Shown piece after piece: positions 44,925 to 54,286 of a stretch of 64,000 nt of DNA. The translations under genes were made by a program, and so were the position numbers. The stretch is from the NCBI GenBank assembly GCA_016183235.1, contig JACPFA010000016.1, positions 2,834 to 66,833 of the forward strand, written 5' to 3'. How positions within the stretch are numbered: the first letter of the stretch is position 1; each line of letters starts with the position of its first letter. The notes beneath the pieces were generated by a model. That model had not been told where the DNA came from and did no database searches. It worked only from the letters and a program-made list of their open reading frames with translations. This DNA comes from Deltaproteobacteria bacterium. Its GTDB lineage: Bacteria; UBA10199; DSSB01; JACPFA01.

Positions 44925-45078
44925 TGTATAACTATATAAAATTATTAATTTTAATTAAAGTATGTACTTATTTGTTTTATAATATATAAATACTCAATTA
45001 ATTACAGTTAGTTACATAATATATAAAAATATTATTGTCACGCCCTGATAATTGATAGAAGAGTCATAATCTAACCCT

Positions 45079-46104
45079 ATGAATCATAAAAAACCAACCC
45101 CAGCCCTACTCAAGTGGTACGACAAAAATAAGCGGGAGCTGCCGTGGCGTAAAACCTGCGATCCTTATAAAATCTGGGTCTCCGAAATCATGCTACAACA
45201 AACCCAAGTGGCAACCGTCATTCCTTATTTTGAACGTTTTATTCAAGCATTTCCAACCATCGAAATTTTGGCTAAAAGCCCGTTGGAAAAAATGTTGGGT
45301 TTGTGGTCGGGGCTTGGCTATTATCGACGGGCCAGGCATTTGCACGAAGCTGCAAAAATTATTTATCAAAAAAAATATTTTCCAAAAACTAAACTTGAAT
45401 GGTTAGAACTGCCTGGGATTGGTGAATACACGGCTAGCGCTATTGCTTCGATTGCGTTTAACGAAGCTACGGCTGTAGTCGATGGCAATGTGGTTCGAGT
45501 TTTAGCCAGGGTTTTTGCACTCCAAGGTCATGCCAAAGCTCTTCAACTTAAAAAAACGGTGCAAGCTAAAGCTGATCAACTGATTGATTTAAAAACCCCC
45601 GGAGATTTTAACCAAGCCATGATGGAATTGGGGGCAACAGTCTGCACCCCCAAAAACCCCAACTGCCCACAATGCCCCATAAAATCTCATTGCCTATGTC
45701 TTTCCCAAGGTGGGCCTGAAGTTTTCCCCAAAACATCTCCTAAAAAAGAAATCGTTAATCTCAACCGCTTGGCTTTACTCATTGAACGCGCGGGGAATTT
45801 ATTCTTAACGCAACGCCATCCCCAATTTCGCTGGTTAAAAGGGATGTATGCCCCCCTTGAACATTGGTTACCCAACCCCCATATACCTTCAAAACTTATT
45901 CAAAATTTTTCTTTTGTGGGCACCACACAGCATACCATCACCCATCATAAAATTATCACTTACATTTACAAAACCACTTGGGCACAAAAAAAATTGCCCT
46001 CCACCACGGGGCAATTTTTTTCCTTAACTGAAATTACAGATCTCCCTTTGGGAAACCTCGACCGAAAAATCATTAATCAATTTATCTCAAAAGCCTCTTC
46101 ATAG
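45079..46104 (+). CDS. mutY: A/G-specific adenine DNA glycosylase
   Basis: LLKWYDKNKRELPWR, YKIWVSEIMLQQTQV, an HhH-GPD region, and the 4Fe-4S loop CTPKNPNCPQCPIKSHC. Confidence 0.92.
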   Translation: MNHKKPTPALLKWYDKNKRELPWRKTCDPYKIWVSEIMLQQTQVATVIPYFERFIQAFPTIEILAKSPLEKMLGLWSGLGYYRRARHLHEAAKIIYQKKYFPKTKLEWLELPGIGEYTASAIASIAFNEATAVVDGNVVRVLARVFALQGHAKALQLKKTVQAKADQLIDLKTPGDFNQAMMELGATVCTPKNPNCPQCPIKSHCLCLSQGGPEVFPKTSPKKEIVNLNRLALLIERAGNLFLTQRHPQFRWLKGMYAPLEHWLPNPHIPSKLIQNFSFVGTTQHTITHHKIITYIYKTTWAQKKLPSTTGQFFSLTEITDLPLGNLDRKIINQFISKASS

Positions 46105-46294
46105 CGATTTACCAAGCGCAACCAAACGCGTTTTGACTCCTTGTCATTAGGTTAAAGTATCAACCCCCTGAATCGTATTCAATTAATGGTTTGGGGGGCC
46201 AGGTTTGCAAACAAAAATCTTTTTGGGTGATTTTTTGCCAAATTTAGCCCATAACTTGTCTAACCTATCCACTAACCTATCCACGGAGGTCCTT

Positions 46295-47404
46295 ATGAAA
46301 AAAAACCCTTTTCGGAAATTGGCCCTTTTCTTAATCTTATTACCCCTTTTCTTAAGCCCAATTTCCTGTGGATTATCATCACTCATCAATTCTTTGCTCA
46401 CCGATCAAAACATGGAAAATATTATCAATCTTTCTAAGCAAAGCGGTTGCGAGACCATCGATGTTGATGAACTAAGCGGCTTGGTTTCAGAAATAGGCGA
46501 CAGCAATATTTTAGACGTTTTTGGCATTTCAGAAGATGCACTCAATGCCCTAATCAACGATTATGCAGCTGAAAATCAATCTTCGCTTTGCATTTTCACC
46601 GCAACCTTAAGTGGCAGCACCACCCACCGGGCCTACTTTTTCACTACCGATGACAATCACACTTCAGATACTTGGAACACCACTGACGTACAAATCACCG
46701 AGACCCTCAGCGATACTTCAACCCAAACCTATAGCGCGAGTGCCATCACCGCCTTTTCCGATTTTGCCTCCGATGCAGCCAACACCACTTTTTCATTTTC
46801 AGCCGTCATGGATTACAGCGGTTCGATGAGCGATAATGATTTAAGCGCGCTTGAATCCGGCCTAACCACTTTATACCAAAACATCCCTGACAATTTTAGA
46901 AGTGAAGTGATCAAGTTTTCCGAAGCTGTCAGCGTGGTTCAAACTTATACCGATAATAACTCTGCCTTAACCTCGGCCGTTACTTCCGGAAATCCATCTC
47001 GCAGTTCTACGGCCCTTTACGATGGAATTTATGAAGGCCTCACCAATACCTCGGCTGAAACTGGCAAAGTAAGGTTTGTTATTGCCTTCACCGATGGCTT
47101 AGAAAACGCCTCTTCTCACACTCGAGCTGAAGTGGTTGCCCTTTCCCAAGCCCAAGGCATCCCCTTGGTGCTCATTGGCATGGGCACCATCGTCGACATT
47201 GCTGATTTGTTGCAATTAGCCAACGACACGGGCGGCTTTTTCTTTTACGCCTCTTCTTACACCTTCTTAAGCACGGCCTTTAGCGAACTCGAAGATTATC
47301 TCTCCAACACCCATGTGCTCACCTGGACCTCTACCAATCTCAGCGGAGTCAGCTCCGTCAGCTTGACTGTTAATAGCACCTTCACCGGAACTTATACTCC
47401 ATAA
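46295..47404 (+). CDS. von Willebrand factor A (VWA) domain lipoprotein
   Basis: RBS ggaggt plus ATG at 46295. Signal/lipobox ...LSPISCG. MIDAS motif DYSGSMS. ...TALYDG... FTDGLEN. Confidence 0.8.
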   Translation: MKKNPFRKLALFLILLPLFLSPISCGLSSLINSLLTDQNMENIINLSKQSGCETIDVDELSGLVSEIGDSNILDVFGISEDALNALINDYAAENQSSLCIFTATLSGSTTHRAYFFTTDDNHTSDTWNTTDVQITETLSDTSTQTYSASAITAFSDFASDAANTTFSFSAVMDYSGSMSDNDLSALESGLTTLYQNIPDNFRSEVIKFSEAVSVVQTYTDNNSALTSAVTSGNPSRSSTALYDGIYEGLTNTSAETGKVRFVIAFTDGLENASSHTRAEVVALSQAQGIPLVLIGMGTIVDIADLLQLANDTGGFFFYASSYTFLSTAFSELEDYLSNTHVLTWTSTNLSGVSSVSLTVNSTFTGTYTP

Positions 47405-47465
47405 TCATATCATATGCTTTATTAAGTCATATTATATGCTTATATATTGACATTCTTGATGTCTT

Positions 47466-47723
47466 ATGATTTACATGGAATATATGAGGAGAACAACGTT
47501 ACTATTAGATGACTCGCTTTATAAAAAGGTAAAAACCATAGGGAAATTGCGGGGCACTAGTTTAAAAGAAATTATTAACGATCTCCTACGAAGCGCGCTT
47601 AATTCCACGGTTGAAGAAAAAACAACTCACCTGCCAATCCCTTTACATCGTAAAAATGGGCCCCAAGAAGGCATTGATATTTCTGATCGAAGTAGCCTTT
47701 ACGATATTCTCGATCATGAATAA
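47466..47723 (+). CDS. vapB: VapB-type antitoxin (DUF2191-like)
   Basis: MRRTTLLLDDSLYKKVK pattern, abutting the PIN gene. The start may be the ATG at 47484. Confidence 0.75.
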   Translation: MIYMEYMRRTTLLLDDSLYKKVKTIGKLRGTSLKEIINDLLRSALNSTVEEKTTHLPIPLHRKNGPQEGIDISDRSSLYDILDHE

Positions 47724-47738
47724 TTGAGGGGGTACTCT

Positions 47739-48176
47739 ATGAGTCTTGCCATTGACACCAATCTCTTTCTTTATGCCCACATCGAGGATTTTTTTGAACA
47801 TACCAAGGCAAGATCTTTTTTAAAAAAAATCTTGCAACAAAAAGATTTTTTTTACATTAGTTGGCAAGTTTACTATGAATACGTACGACTAACCACACAC
47901 CCACGCGTGCTAAAAAAACCCCTAAGCGTCAAGCAAGCCTGCGCTGATTTGTCGCCTTATTTAAAACATCCTCATTGTCGTCTATTATTAGAATCTCCCC
48001 ACCACGAGGAAATTCTAAATGAGGTTCTCCAAAACCTACCGGGTGCCAAGGGAAATTTTATTCATGATTGTCATTATGCTGCCTTACTTAAAGAAAATGG
48101 AATTACCAAAATTGCAACGGCAGACACGGATTTTAAAAAATTCGATTTCCTTGAAGTGCTAAACCCCTGTCTTTAA
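47739..48176 (+). CDS. vapC: PIN-domain toxin VapC
   Basis: Acidic residues in LAIDTN, FIHDCHYAAL and ATADTDF. RBS gaggggg before the ATG at 47739. Confidence 0.8.
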   Translation: MSLAIDTNLFLYAHIEDFFEHTKARSFLKKILQQKDFFYISWQVYYEYVRLTTHPRVLKKPLSVKQACADLSPYLKHPHCRLLLESPHHEEILNEVLQNLPGAKGNFIHDCHYAALLKENGITKIATADTDFKKFDFLEVLNPCL

Positions 48177-48309
48177 TCTAAAAATTTATGGGGAGTTGCT
48201 ACAGATATGTGTAATTTTATAAAATATAGTCATATTTTATCACAATAAAATTCAAAAATATGAACTTCTTCCCATTTAAAGCCGATAAAAACCCTAAGGA
48301 ATTTTTACT

Positions 48310-50952
48310 ATGGGTGATGGGAATATTCGGCGTTTTGCGCTTATCATTAATGGGGACCCCAAAGAAGCTAGGCATTTACAAAATGTCGAAGATGCCATTG
48401 CTGGTTTAGAACAAGAGGGGGAATTCATCATTGGCGTAGCAAGCCCTCGCAAACCCAAGGGCTCAACCGATCTCTATCAAGCACCCTCTGCCGAAGGCAT
48501 TGAGAATATTGTCAAAGCCTTTCAAGAAAAAGGCATGGATGATGATGACCGTTTAGTCGTTTATGTCACAGGCCATGGTGATAACGAAACCGATGGAGCT
48601 TGCGCAAAATTACCAGGAGTGTGTTATTCCTTTCGAACCCTCAAAAACTTGCTCGACCAACTCCCTTATGGTTCGCGCTTTGTTTACACCGACACCTGTC
48701 AATCAGGAAGTGCTATTAGCCAGTTTTTCAACGGAAAGACCCAAGCTTCAAGCATTGGCTCTGCGGGTGAAGATGTTGCTTGCCAAACCATAAGTCGCCA
48801 TTTTTGGTCAACAAAAGTCCCTGATGCCAACGCTGATGGCATCGTCAGTATCGAAGAACGTTTTCAATACGCCATTGCCCAAAATGATGGGGAAGAAAGA
48901 ACCTTAAATCAATTTTACAACCCCGACCTGCCAGTTTCTTTATCAGGGGCTAGCGTCAAAAAAGGTGACTTTCCCGAAGAAGTCTTCACGGTACATTCAG
49001 GAAAAGAATTAGATGCCCAATTATCTAAACTCAAACCCGGGCAATTGGCCCTTGTCACCTTTTCGGCAGACTGGTGCGTGCCCTGCAAACGTTATGCTAA
49101 AACCTTTGATGAATTGGCTAAAACTTATCAAGGCCGATTTTTGATGATCCGTGCCGAAGGGGTCAAGGGAAGCGAAAGCGATTGGCACAACTATTTATCT
49201 ATAAAAGAGTTCCCCACGGTTGCCTTTATAGACTTTAGAAAGATTGCGAGCCTGGTAGAAGATAAAAAATCTCCCATCGATTCTCTTTCTTTAACGGCCA
49301 TTAATTCTGAAGAGGAAAAACTGAGCTACTACACCAAAAAACTGGCTAGCCCCAAACCCCAGGCAAGGATCAGCGCCATTCGACGATTGGTTCAAATGGG
49401 CCCTGCGGCTGAAGCAAGCCTTTCAAAAATTGAAGCTCTATTAAATGACGAATCCCCAGAGGTTGTTTATGCGGCGATTGATGGCCTGCTGGAATTAAAT
49501 CATCCACAAGCCATTCAGTTTAAACATCTTTACAAACTAGACCCCAGCAATCATCACCTTTGGTTTACTTTGGGCAAGGCTTGTGTAATACTCATCGCCA
49601 ACAACCCACAAGCCGCCTTGCAAGAATTTCAGGCAAAACTAGAAGACAAGAGTGAAGATGGAAGATATCAAGCTCATAGTTTATTCGGTTTAAAGATTTA
49701 TGCTCATGAACATGATCTCCCCAATGCCCTTCGTCAAAAATTGCGTGATTGGACAAAAAATCAATTCACCAAACACTCCGATCTGGCTTGGTGGGTCTTG
49801 GCCTGTCAACAAGAAGAACATTTTTTCGAAGATCTCGATGTTATTTTAGATCTTAGTACTGGGTTACCCGGCATCGGCTTAGACGATCCAGTCCCTAAGA
49901 ATTTACTATTCCGCCGCCTTTTGGGTGCACAGGGACTTCCACCCCAAGCCCTCATTGCAATTGCACAACTGCTAGAATATGAGTCTTATACCGATTATCA
50001 AATATTTGCCATCCAAGTGTTAAACTCAATGGAGTTCAACCCAACCCAACTCGAGATTTTAAAACCCTATTTACAAAAAGCAGCTGCCGAGCCTTTCCCA
50101 TCAGTGGCGATGACCGCTACCAAGATGCTATTTAAATATAAAGTTGAACCTCGCCCTCCGATCAGTAATATCGCCCAACGTGTAGTAGACGATTATTTTT
50201 TAAAGTTAGATACGGATACCCAAAAAGAAATTTTACAATGCCTTGCCTACTACGGCCCTGAAGCCAAGATTGTACTCCCCCAACTGATCGACTTATTGAA
50301 GCACGAGCGACCACCCGTCGTTATTGAAACACTTCACGTCCTAGCTGCCATAGGTCCTGAGGCCCACGAGGCCCTCCCTGCTATTGAATTACTTGTCAAA
50401 ATTTATACGCCTAAGATGGATAAAGACAAAAGAAACCGCCCGTATGAAGACGCCCTCTTTGAGGCTTATTTCAAAATCAAAGGAAGAGATGCAAAACCAA
50501 TACCTAACCAATCCCTATGGGATGTGGGAGCTGGTGCTTTTACGGGATTAGGATTTGGCTCTGATAATGCCCCGCCCTCTGTAGGAGTTGAAGAATATAT
50601 TCGGTACAAGCTCTCGCCTTCCTTAGCCCTTACCGCAAATTTCTTTTACCGACACGATAGTTCTGATCCTGATAAGGACGTTAAAGAACAGCATACTGTG
50701 GGGTTTAATGTTGGCTTCAAATTAAAAAAATTATTCGATAATGGTTCAAGTCTAGCGGTCCACCTACCTGAAATTGGGGCTGGCATGACTGCCTATCGTG
50801 GTCTAACACCCATTGTCCGCCCTGGAATTAGCGTCACGGCTCCCAAATTATTTGATTTTTTTCAACCAGAAGTTAGTTTGCGAATCTTTGTCACAAGGTC
50901 CAACCAGGCTTATTATGATGTTGGGTTACTCACTCGTCTAATATCATTTTAA
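48310..50952 (+). CDS. multidomain protein: clan-CD (C13/caspase-like) peptidase + EF-hand loop + thioredoxin (WCVPC) + HEAT repeats + Gly/aromatic C-terminal beta-rich region
   Basis: His/Cys dyad context VVYVTGHGD ... YTDTCQSGS. Perfect EF loop DANADGIVSIEE. VTFSADWCVPCKRY. PBS-lyase-type HEAT units (AIRRLVQMGPAAEASL..LLNDESPEVVYAAIDGL). Ends ...LLTRLISF. No signal peptide. Confidence 0.7.
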   Translation: MGDGNIRRFALIINGDPKEARHLQNVEDAIAGLEQEGEFIIGVASPRKPKGSTDLYQAPSAEGIENIVKAFQEKGMDDDDRLVVYVTGHGDNETDGACAKLPGVCYSFRTLKNLLDQLPYGSRFVYTDTCQSGSAISQFFNGKTQASSIGSAGEDVACQTISRHFWSTKVPDANADGIVSIEERFQYAIAQNDGEERTLNQFYNPDLPVSLSGASVKKGDFPEEVFTVHSGKELDAQLSKLKPGQLALVTFSADWCVPCKRYAKTFDELAKTYQGRFLMIRAEGVKGSESDWHNYLSIKEFPTVAFIDFRKIASLVEDKKSPIDSLSLTAINSEEEKLSYYTKKLASPKPQARISAIRRLVQMGPAAEASLSKIEALLNDESPEVVYAAIDGLLELNHPQAIQFKHLYKLDPSNHHLWFTLGKACVILIANNPQAALQEFQAKLEDKSEDGRYQAHSLFGLKIYAHEHDLPNALRQKLRDWTKNQFTKHSDLAWWVLACQQEEHFFEDLDVILDLSTGLPGIGLDDPVPKNLLFRRLLGAQGLPPQALIAIAQLLEYESYTDYQIFAIQVLNSMEFNPTQLEILKPYLQKAAAEPFPSVAMTATKMLFKYKVEPRPPISNIAQRVVDDYFLKLDTDTQKEILQCLAYYGPEAKIVLPQLIDLLKHERPPVVIETLHVLAAIGPEAHEALPAIELLVKIYTPKMDKDKRNRPYEDALFEAYFKIKGRDAKPIPNQSLWDVGAGAFTGLGFGSDNAPPSVGVEEYIRYKLSPSLALTANFFYRHDSSDPDKDVKEQHTVGFNVGFKLKKLFDNGSSLAVHLPEIGAGMTAYRGLTPIVRPGISVTAPKLFDFFQPEVSLRIFVTRSNQAYYDVGLLTRLISF

Positions 50953-50975
50953 TGACGAAGTCCATCGCCACCAAT

Positions 50976-51016
50976 AAAAAAGGGCCGCCGAACATAGGTC
51001 CGACAAGCCCTTTTTT
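50976..51016. terminator. bidirectional intrinsic terminator between convergent genes
   Basis: aaaaaagggc ... gccctttttt, with an A-run upstream and a T-run downstream. The loop is long (~21 nt), so stem quality is moderate. Confidence 0.5.
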
Positions 51017-51044
51017 CGAGGGAGGTAATCTTAATTGCTTTGAC

Positions 51045-51560
51045 TCAGGCTGCTTTTTTAACCAGTGTGCTTAAGCGTTTTTCTAAGGTGGTAATTTTTC
51101 TCTCCAATTTTTCCACGTCTCTTTGCGTGGGAATGCTTAGACTTACTAAAATATTTTCGCGGGCCTCTTCTACCAAGTGCTTTGCCTTTTCAACCAACCC
51201 ATTTTCACGCAACACTTCTACAAACGATGCTAAATTTTTTCGGATATCTGCGAAAACTTTGGTGACGGCCTCAGATTGAGGAAGAAATTCGATATCTTTA
51301 AACCGGCTGAGGACTTCATCGGCCAAACGACGCACTTCTTTTTCAATTTCAACACCCTTGGTATTTAACCCAAAATTACCACCCTTTATTTTTGCAAAGA
51401 GATCTTCAAAATTACGCCGCAGCTCTTGGCGTGAACGACGGCCTTGAGTCACTAGACGTTTTAAAACTTTTTCAGCCTCCAACTCAAACTTAGCAATCAC
51501 TTTATTGATTTGCTTGAGGGTGGTCTGAATGGAATTGGCTGGTTTTGTTTTCTTTGGCAT
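51045..51560 (-). CDS. phasin-like / PHA-granule-associated family protein
   Basis: Helical, Lys/Glu-rich, 171 aa. The C-terminal SIPTQRDVEKLERKITTLEKRL resembles the phasin_2 family signature. Eye-only call. Confidence 0.5.
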   Translation of the reverse strand: MPKKTKPANSIQTTLKQINKVIAKFELEAEKVLKRLVTQGRRSRQELRRNFEDLFAKIKGGNFGLNTKGVEIEKEVRRLADEVLSRFKDIEFLPQSEAVTKVFADIRKNLASFVEVLRENGLVEKAKHLVEEARENILVSLSIPTQRDVEKLERKITTLEKRLSTLVKKAA

Positions 51561-51663
51561 AACCTAATCTCCTTGGCCTGATAAAGTGGTGAATGTTTTT
51601 ACGGGTTAAACTTATTACAAATTGGAACAGCGTGTCAATATGATTGTTAACGCTTTGCGTTAT

Positions 51664-53373
51664 TTATGAATGTGGGAAGATGTGTTTGATGACCAATTGA
51701 ATGGATTTTTGCCCCTGATAACGATTAATTTCAGGGCAAAATATTATTTGTTTTTGAGTAGTTACAGAAAAATCTTGGGTGGCTAAATTGAACCCGATAA
51801 ACTCTAACATTTGCCCCTGATTTTCGACCCTACCTTTGACATGTTTTTCCCCCACAATACGGGGGTAACGAAGGGTGACTTTTTCCCAAGCTAATAGCGG
51901 TTCTGGGTTGCCCTGCCCAAAGGGTTGCAAGGTTTGTAATTCTTGCATGAGCCGCCAGTTGATCTCTTCTGACGTGGGAGTCGCATCGACTTTGATCCCT
52001 GGCATGACAGTTTGATTGGCAGAATTTAACTGCTGTTTGATTTGCGCATCAAAACAACCATAAAATAAAGTAAAATTTTCTTTCAGGAGAGTTAGGCCTG
52101 CGGCCATGGCATGCCCGCCAAACCGCTCGAGATAAGGTGCGCACGCCCTTAGCGCTTCTACAATATTTAAGCCTCGCACCGAGCGGGCAGAACCTTTTAG
52201 CAAAGATCCCTCTTCTGCTAACACAATAGCTGGGCGGCCGTAACGTTCCACAATGCGACTGGCCACAATGCCCACCACACCCGAGTGATAAGCCGGGTCA
52301 TGCACCACTAAACTTTGCCGGCTATGGTGAAGCTCGGTTGACTCAATCTTAGCACAGGCATCGGCGGTGATTTGGCCTTCGATTTGTTTGCGTTTTTGAT
52401 TTTCTGCATCCAGCTGATCCGCCAAGGCCAAGGCCTCTGCTTCGTCTTTCGTCAATAATAATCTCACCCCAAAACTGGCCTCGCTTAATCGACCCACCGC
52501 ATTAATCCTGGGCCCAATGCGATAGGCCACATCGGTTACATGAACTGCTTCACCTATATTTGAAACTTTACAAAGGGCCTTTACACCCGGCCGCTTGCTC
52601 GCTGCGATTTGCTGAAGACCCAACTTTGCCAATACCCGATTCACCCCAATCAAAGGGCAGAGATCAGCAATGGTGCCAATGGCGACTAAATCTAAATATT
52701 CTTTGAGATTGGGCTCAAGGATTTTAGTAAAATAACCCGACTCTCTCAAAACCTTGCGCAACGCCATTAAAAAAACAAAGGCCACCCCTACGCCGGCCAG
52801 TTCTTGCCCTGGCCCTGTCGTATGGCGTTTGGGATTAATGACTGCATAGGCTAAAGGCAATTCATCACCCAATTCATGATGATCGGTAATGATGAGATCT
52901 ACACCTAGGGCCAAGGCTAGGCTTGCTTCGGCATTGGCACGTATTCCATTATCAACGGTAATCATCACCCGCGTGCCAGCTTGTTGCAATTTTTTTAAGG
53001 CAGTTTCGTTTAAACTATAACCTTCAGTTAAGCGATGCGGGATATAGTAATTTACTTTTGCACCAACACTCTGGAGAAAAGCAACGAGTAGGGCGGTGCC
53101 CGTTGTGCCATCTACATCATAATCCCCATAAACCGTGATGGTTTCTTGTTGGCGGATGGCTGTTACCAACCGCTGCCCGGCCTTTTCCATATCGGCCAAC
53201 AAAAATGGATCGAATAAATGGGCAAGCGACGGGGCCAAAAATTTGCGAATGGATTCAGGCTCGCACAAACCACGATTGATGAGCAGTTGCGCTGTTAGCG
53301 GCATGATATCAACTTGGTTAGCCAGTTGCTGGCACAATTCAGGATTAGAAGGAAACACCTGCCAGGGTTGCAT
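51664..53373 (-). CDS. recJ: single-stranded-DNA-specific exonuclease RecJ
   Basis: VYGDYDVDGTTG, ITDHHE (DHH), and the DHHA1 motif GGHAMAAG. Start set at the ATG at 53373, immediately after the secF stop. The listed upstream extension overlaps secF. Confidence 0.92.
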   Translation of the reverse strand: MQPWQVFPSNPELCQQLANQVDIMPLTAQLLINRGLCEPESIRKFLAPSLAHLFDPFLLADMEKAGQRLVTAIRQQETITVYGDYDVDGTTGTALLVAFLQSVGAKVNYYIPHRLTEGYSLNETALKKLQQAGTRVMITVDNGIRANAEASLALALGVDLIITDHHELGDELPLAYAVINPKRHTTGPGQELAGVGVAFVFLMALRKVLRESGYFTKILEPNLKEYLDLVAIGTIADLCPLIGVNRVLAKLGLQQIAASKRPGVKALCKVSNIGEAVHVTDVAYRIGPRINAVGRLSEASFGVRLLLTKDEAEALALADQLDAENQKRKQIEGQITADACAKIESTELHHSRQSLVVHDPAYHSGVVGIVASRIVERYGRPAIVLAEEGSLLKGSARSVRGLNIVEALRACAPYLERFGGHAMAAGLTLLKENFTLFYGCFDAQIKQQLNSANQTVMPGIKVDATPTSEEINWRLMQELQTLQPFGQGNPEPLLAWEKVTLRYPRIVGEKHVKGRVENQGQMLEFIGFNLATQDFSVTTQKQIIFCPEINRYQGQKSIQLVIKHIFPHS

Positions 53374-53374
53374 A

Positions 53375-54283
53375 TTAAGCAGCTTTTTTCTTAAAAACTT
53401 TTTTGCACCAGAGATAAATGGGGGCAGCAATAAAGAGAGAAGAATAAGAGCCGACAATGGTTCCTACCACCATGGCCAAAGCAAAATCTTGGATGTCGCC
53501 ATCGGCGCGCAAAAATAATACCAACACAACAAAAAACACGGTTAAGGCCGTAACTAGGGTACGAGAAAGCGTTTCATTCAAACTTAAATCAATAACTTTT
53601 TCTAAAGTCATGGTTTTATGTTTTGCAATATTTTCGCGGATACGGTCGTAAATCACGATGGTATCGTTGATCGAATAACCAATAATGGTGAGCAAGGCCG
53701 AAACCACTGTAAGGTTGACCTCCCGCCCGGTTATGGCAAAGACACCCACGGTAATTAATACGTCATGAATCAACGCCACAATCGCGCCCGGTGCAAAATA
53801 AAAATCAAATCGAAACCCAATGTATAAAAGGATCACCACCCAGGCAATCAACATGGCAAATTGGCCTTTGCGTTTTAATTCTTTACCCGCCTTAGGGCCT
53901 ACAAAATCGTTCTTAAGTAGGGTGGGGGTACCTAAAGTGAGATCTTGTTTGAAGGCGTTTTGGACTTCTTCGACTAATTTATTGGAATCGATGTTTTCAA
54001 CTTCGGTTCGTAACACAAAGGTGTTTTCTTCCGATTTGCCAAACCGCTGCACCACAATGTTAGTTTTACCGGCTTTACGTAACACCTCATCGATTTTACG
54101 TTCAGTAACCGATTCTTGATTGGAAAATTGAAACAGCATGGTCAAGCCGCCCTTAAAATCAATCCCGTAATTAAGACCCTTGGTAAAATAAAGATAGCCC
54201 GTCATGGCAATGAGTAAAACCGAAACCGCTATGAATGGCCATTTCAATTCAAGAAAACGAATATGAGGTGTTTTGATTTTCAT
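53375..54283 (-). CDS. secF: protein translocase subunit SecF
   Basis: GIDFKGG, YSINDTIVIYDRIREN, six TM segments, adjacent to secD. Confidence 0.93.
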   Translation of the reverse strand: MKIKTPHIRFLELKWPFIAVSVLLIAMTGYLYFTKGLNYGIDFKGGLTMLFQFSNQESVTERKIDEVLRKAGKTNIVVQRFGKSEENTFVLRTEVENIDSNKLVEEVQNAFKQDLTLGTPTLLKNDFVGPKAGKELKRKGQFAMLIAWVVILLYIGFRFDFYFAPGAIVALIHDVLITVGVFAITGREVNLTVVSALLTIIGYSINDTIVIYDRIRENIAKHKTMTLEKVIDLSLNETLSRTLVTALTVFFVVLVLFLRADGDIQDFALAMVVGTIVGSYSSLFIAAPIYLWCKKVFKKKAA

Positions 54284-54286
54284 AAA

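Noticed and set aside
48310-50952. Calling the C-terminal ~150 aa of the 880-aa protein an outer-membrane beta-barrel or autotransporter
   Set aside because: There is no N-terminal signal peptide, and the rest of the protein (thioredoxin, HEAT) looks cytoplasmic. The resemblance (terminal Phe, Gly/aromatic pattern) is noted but not asserted.
51040-51279. Listed 79-aa plus-strand ORF
   Set aside because: It is antisense to the phasin-like gene, and its low-complexity Ser/Phe-rich product is implausible.
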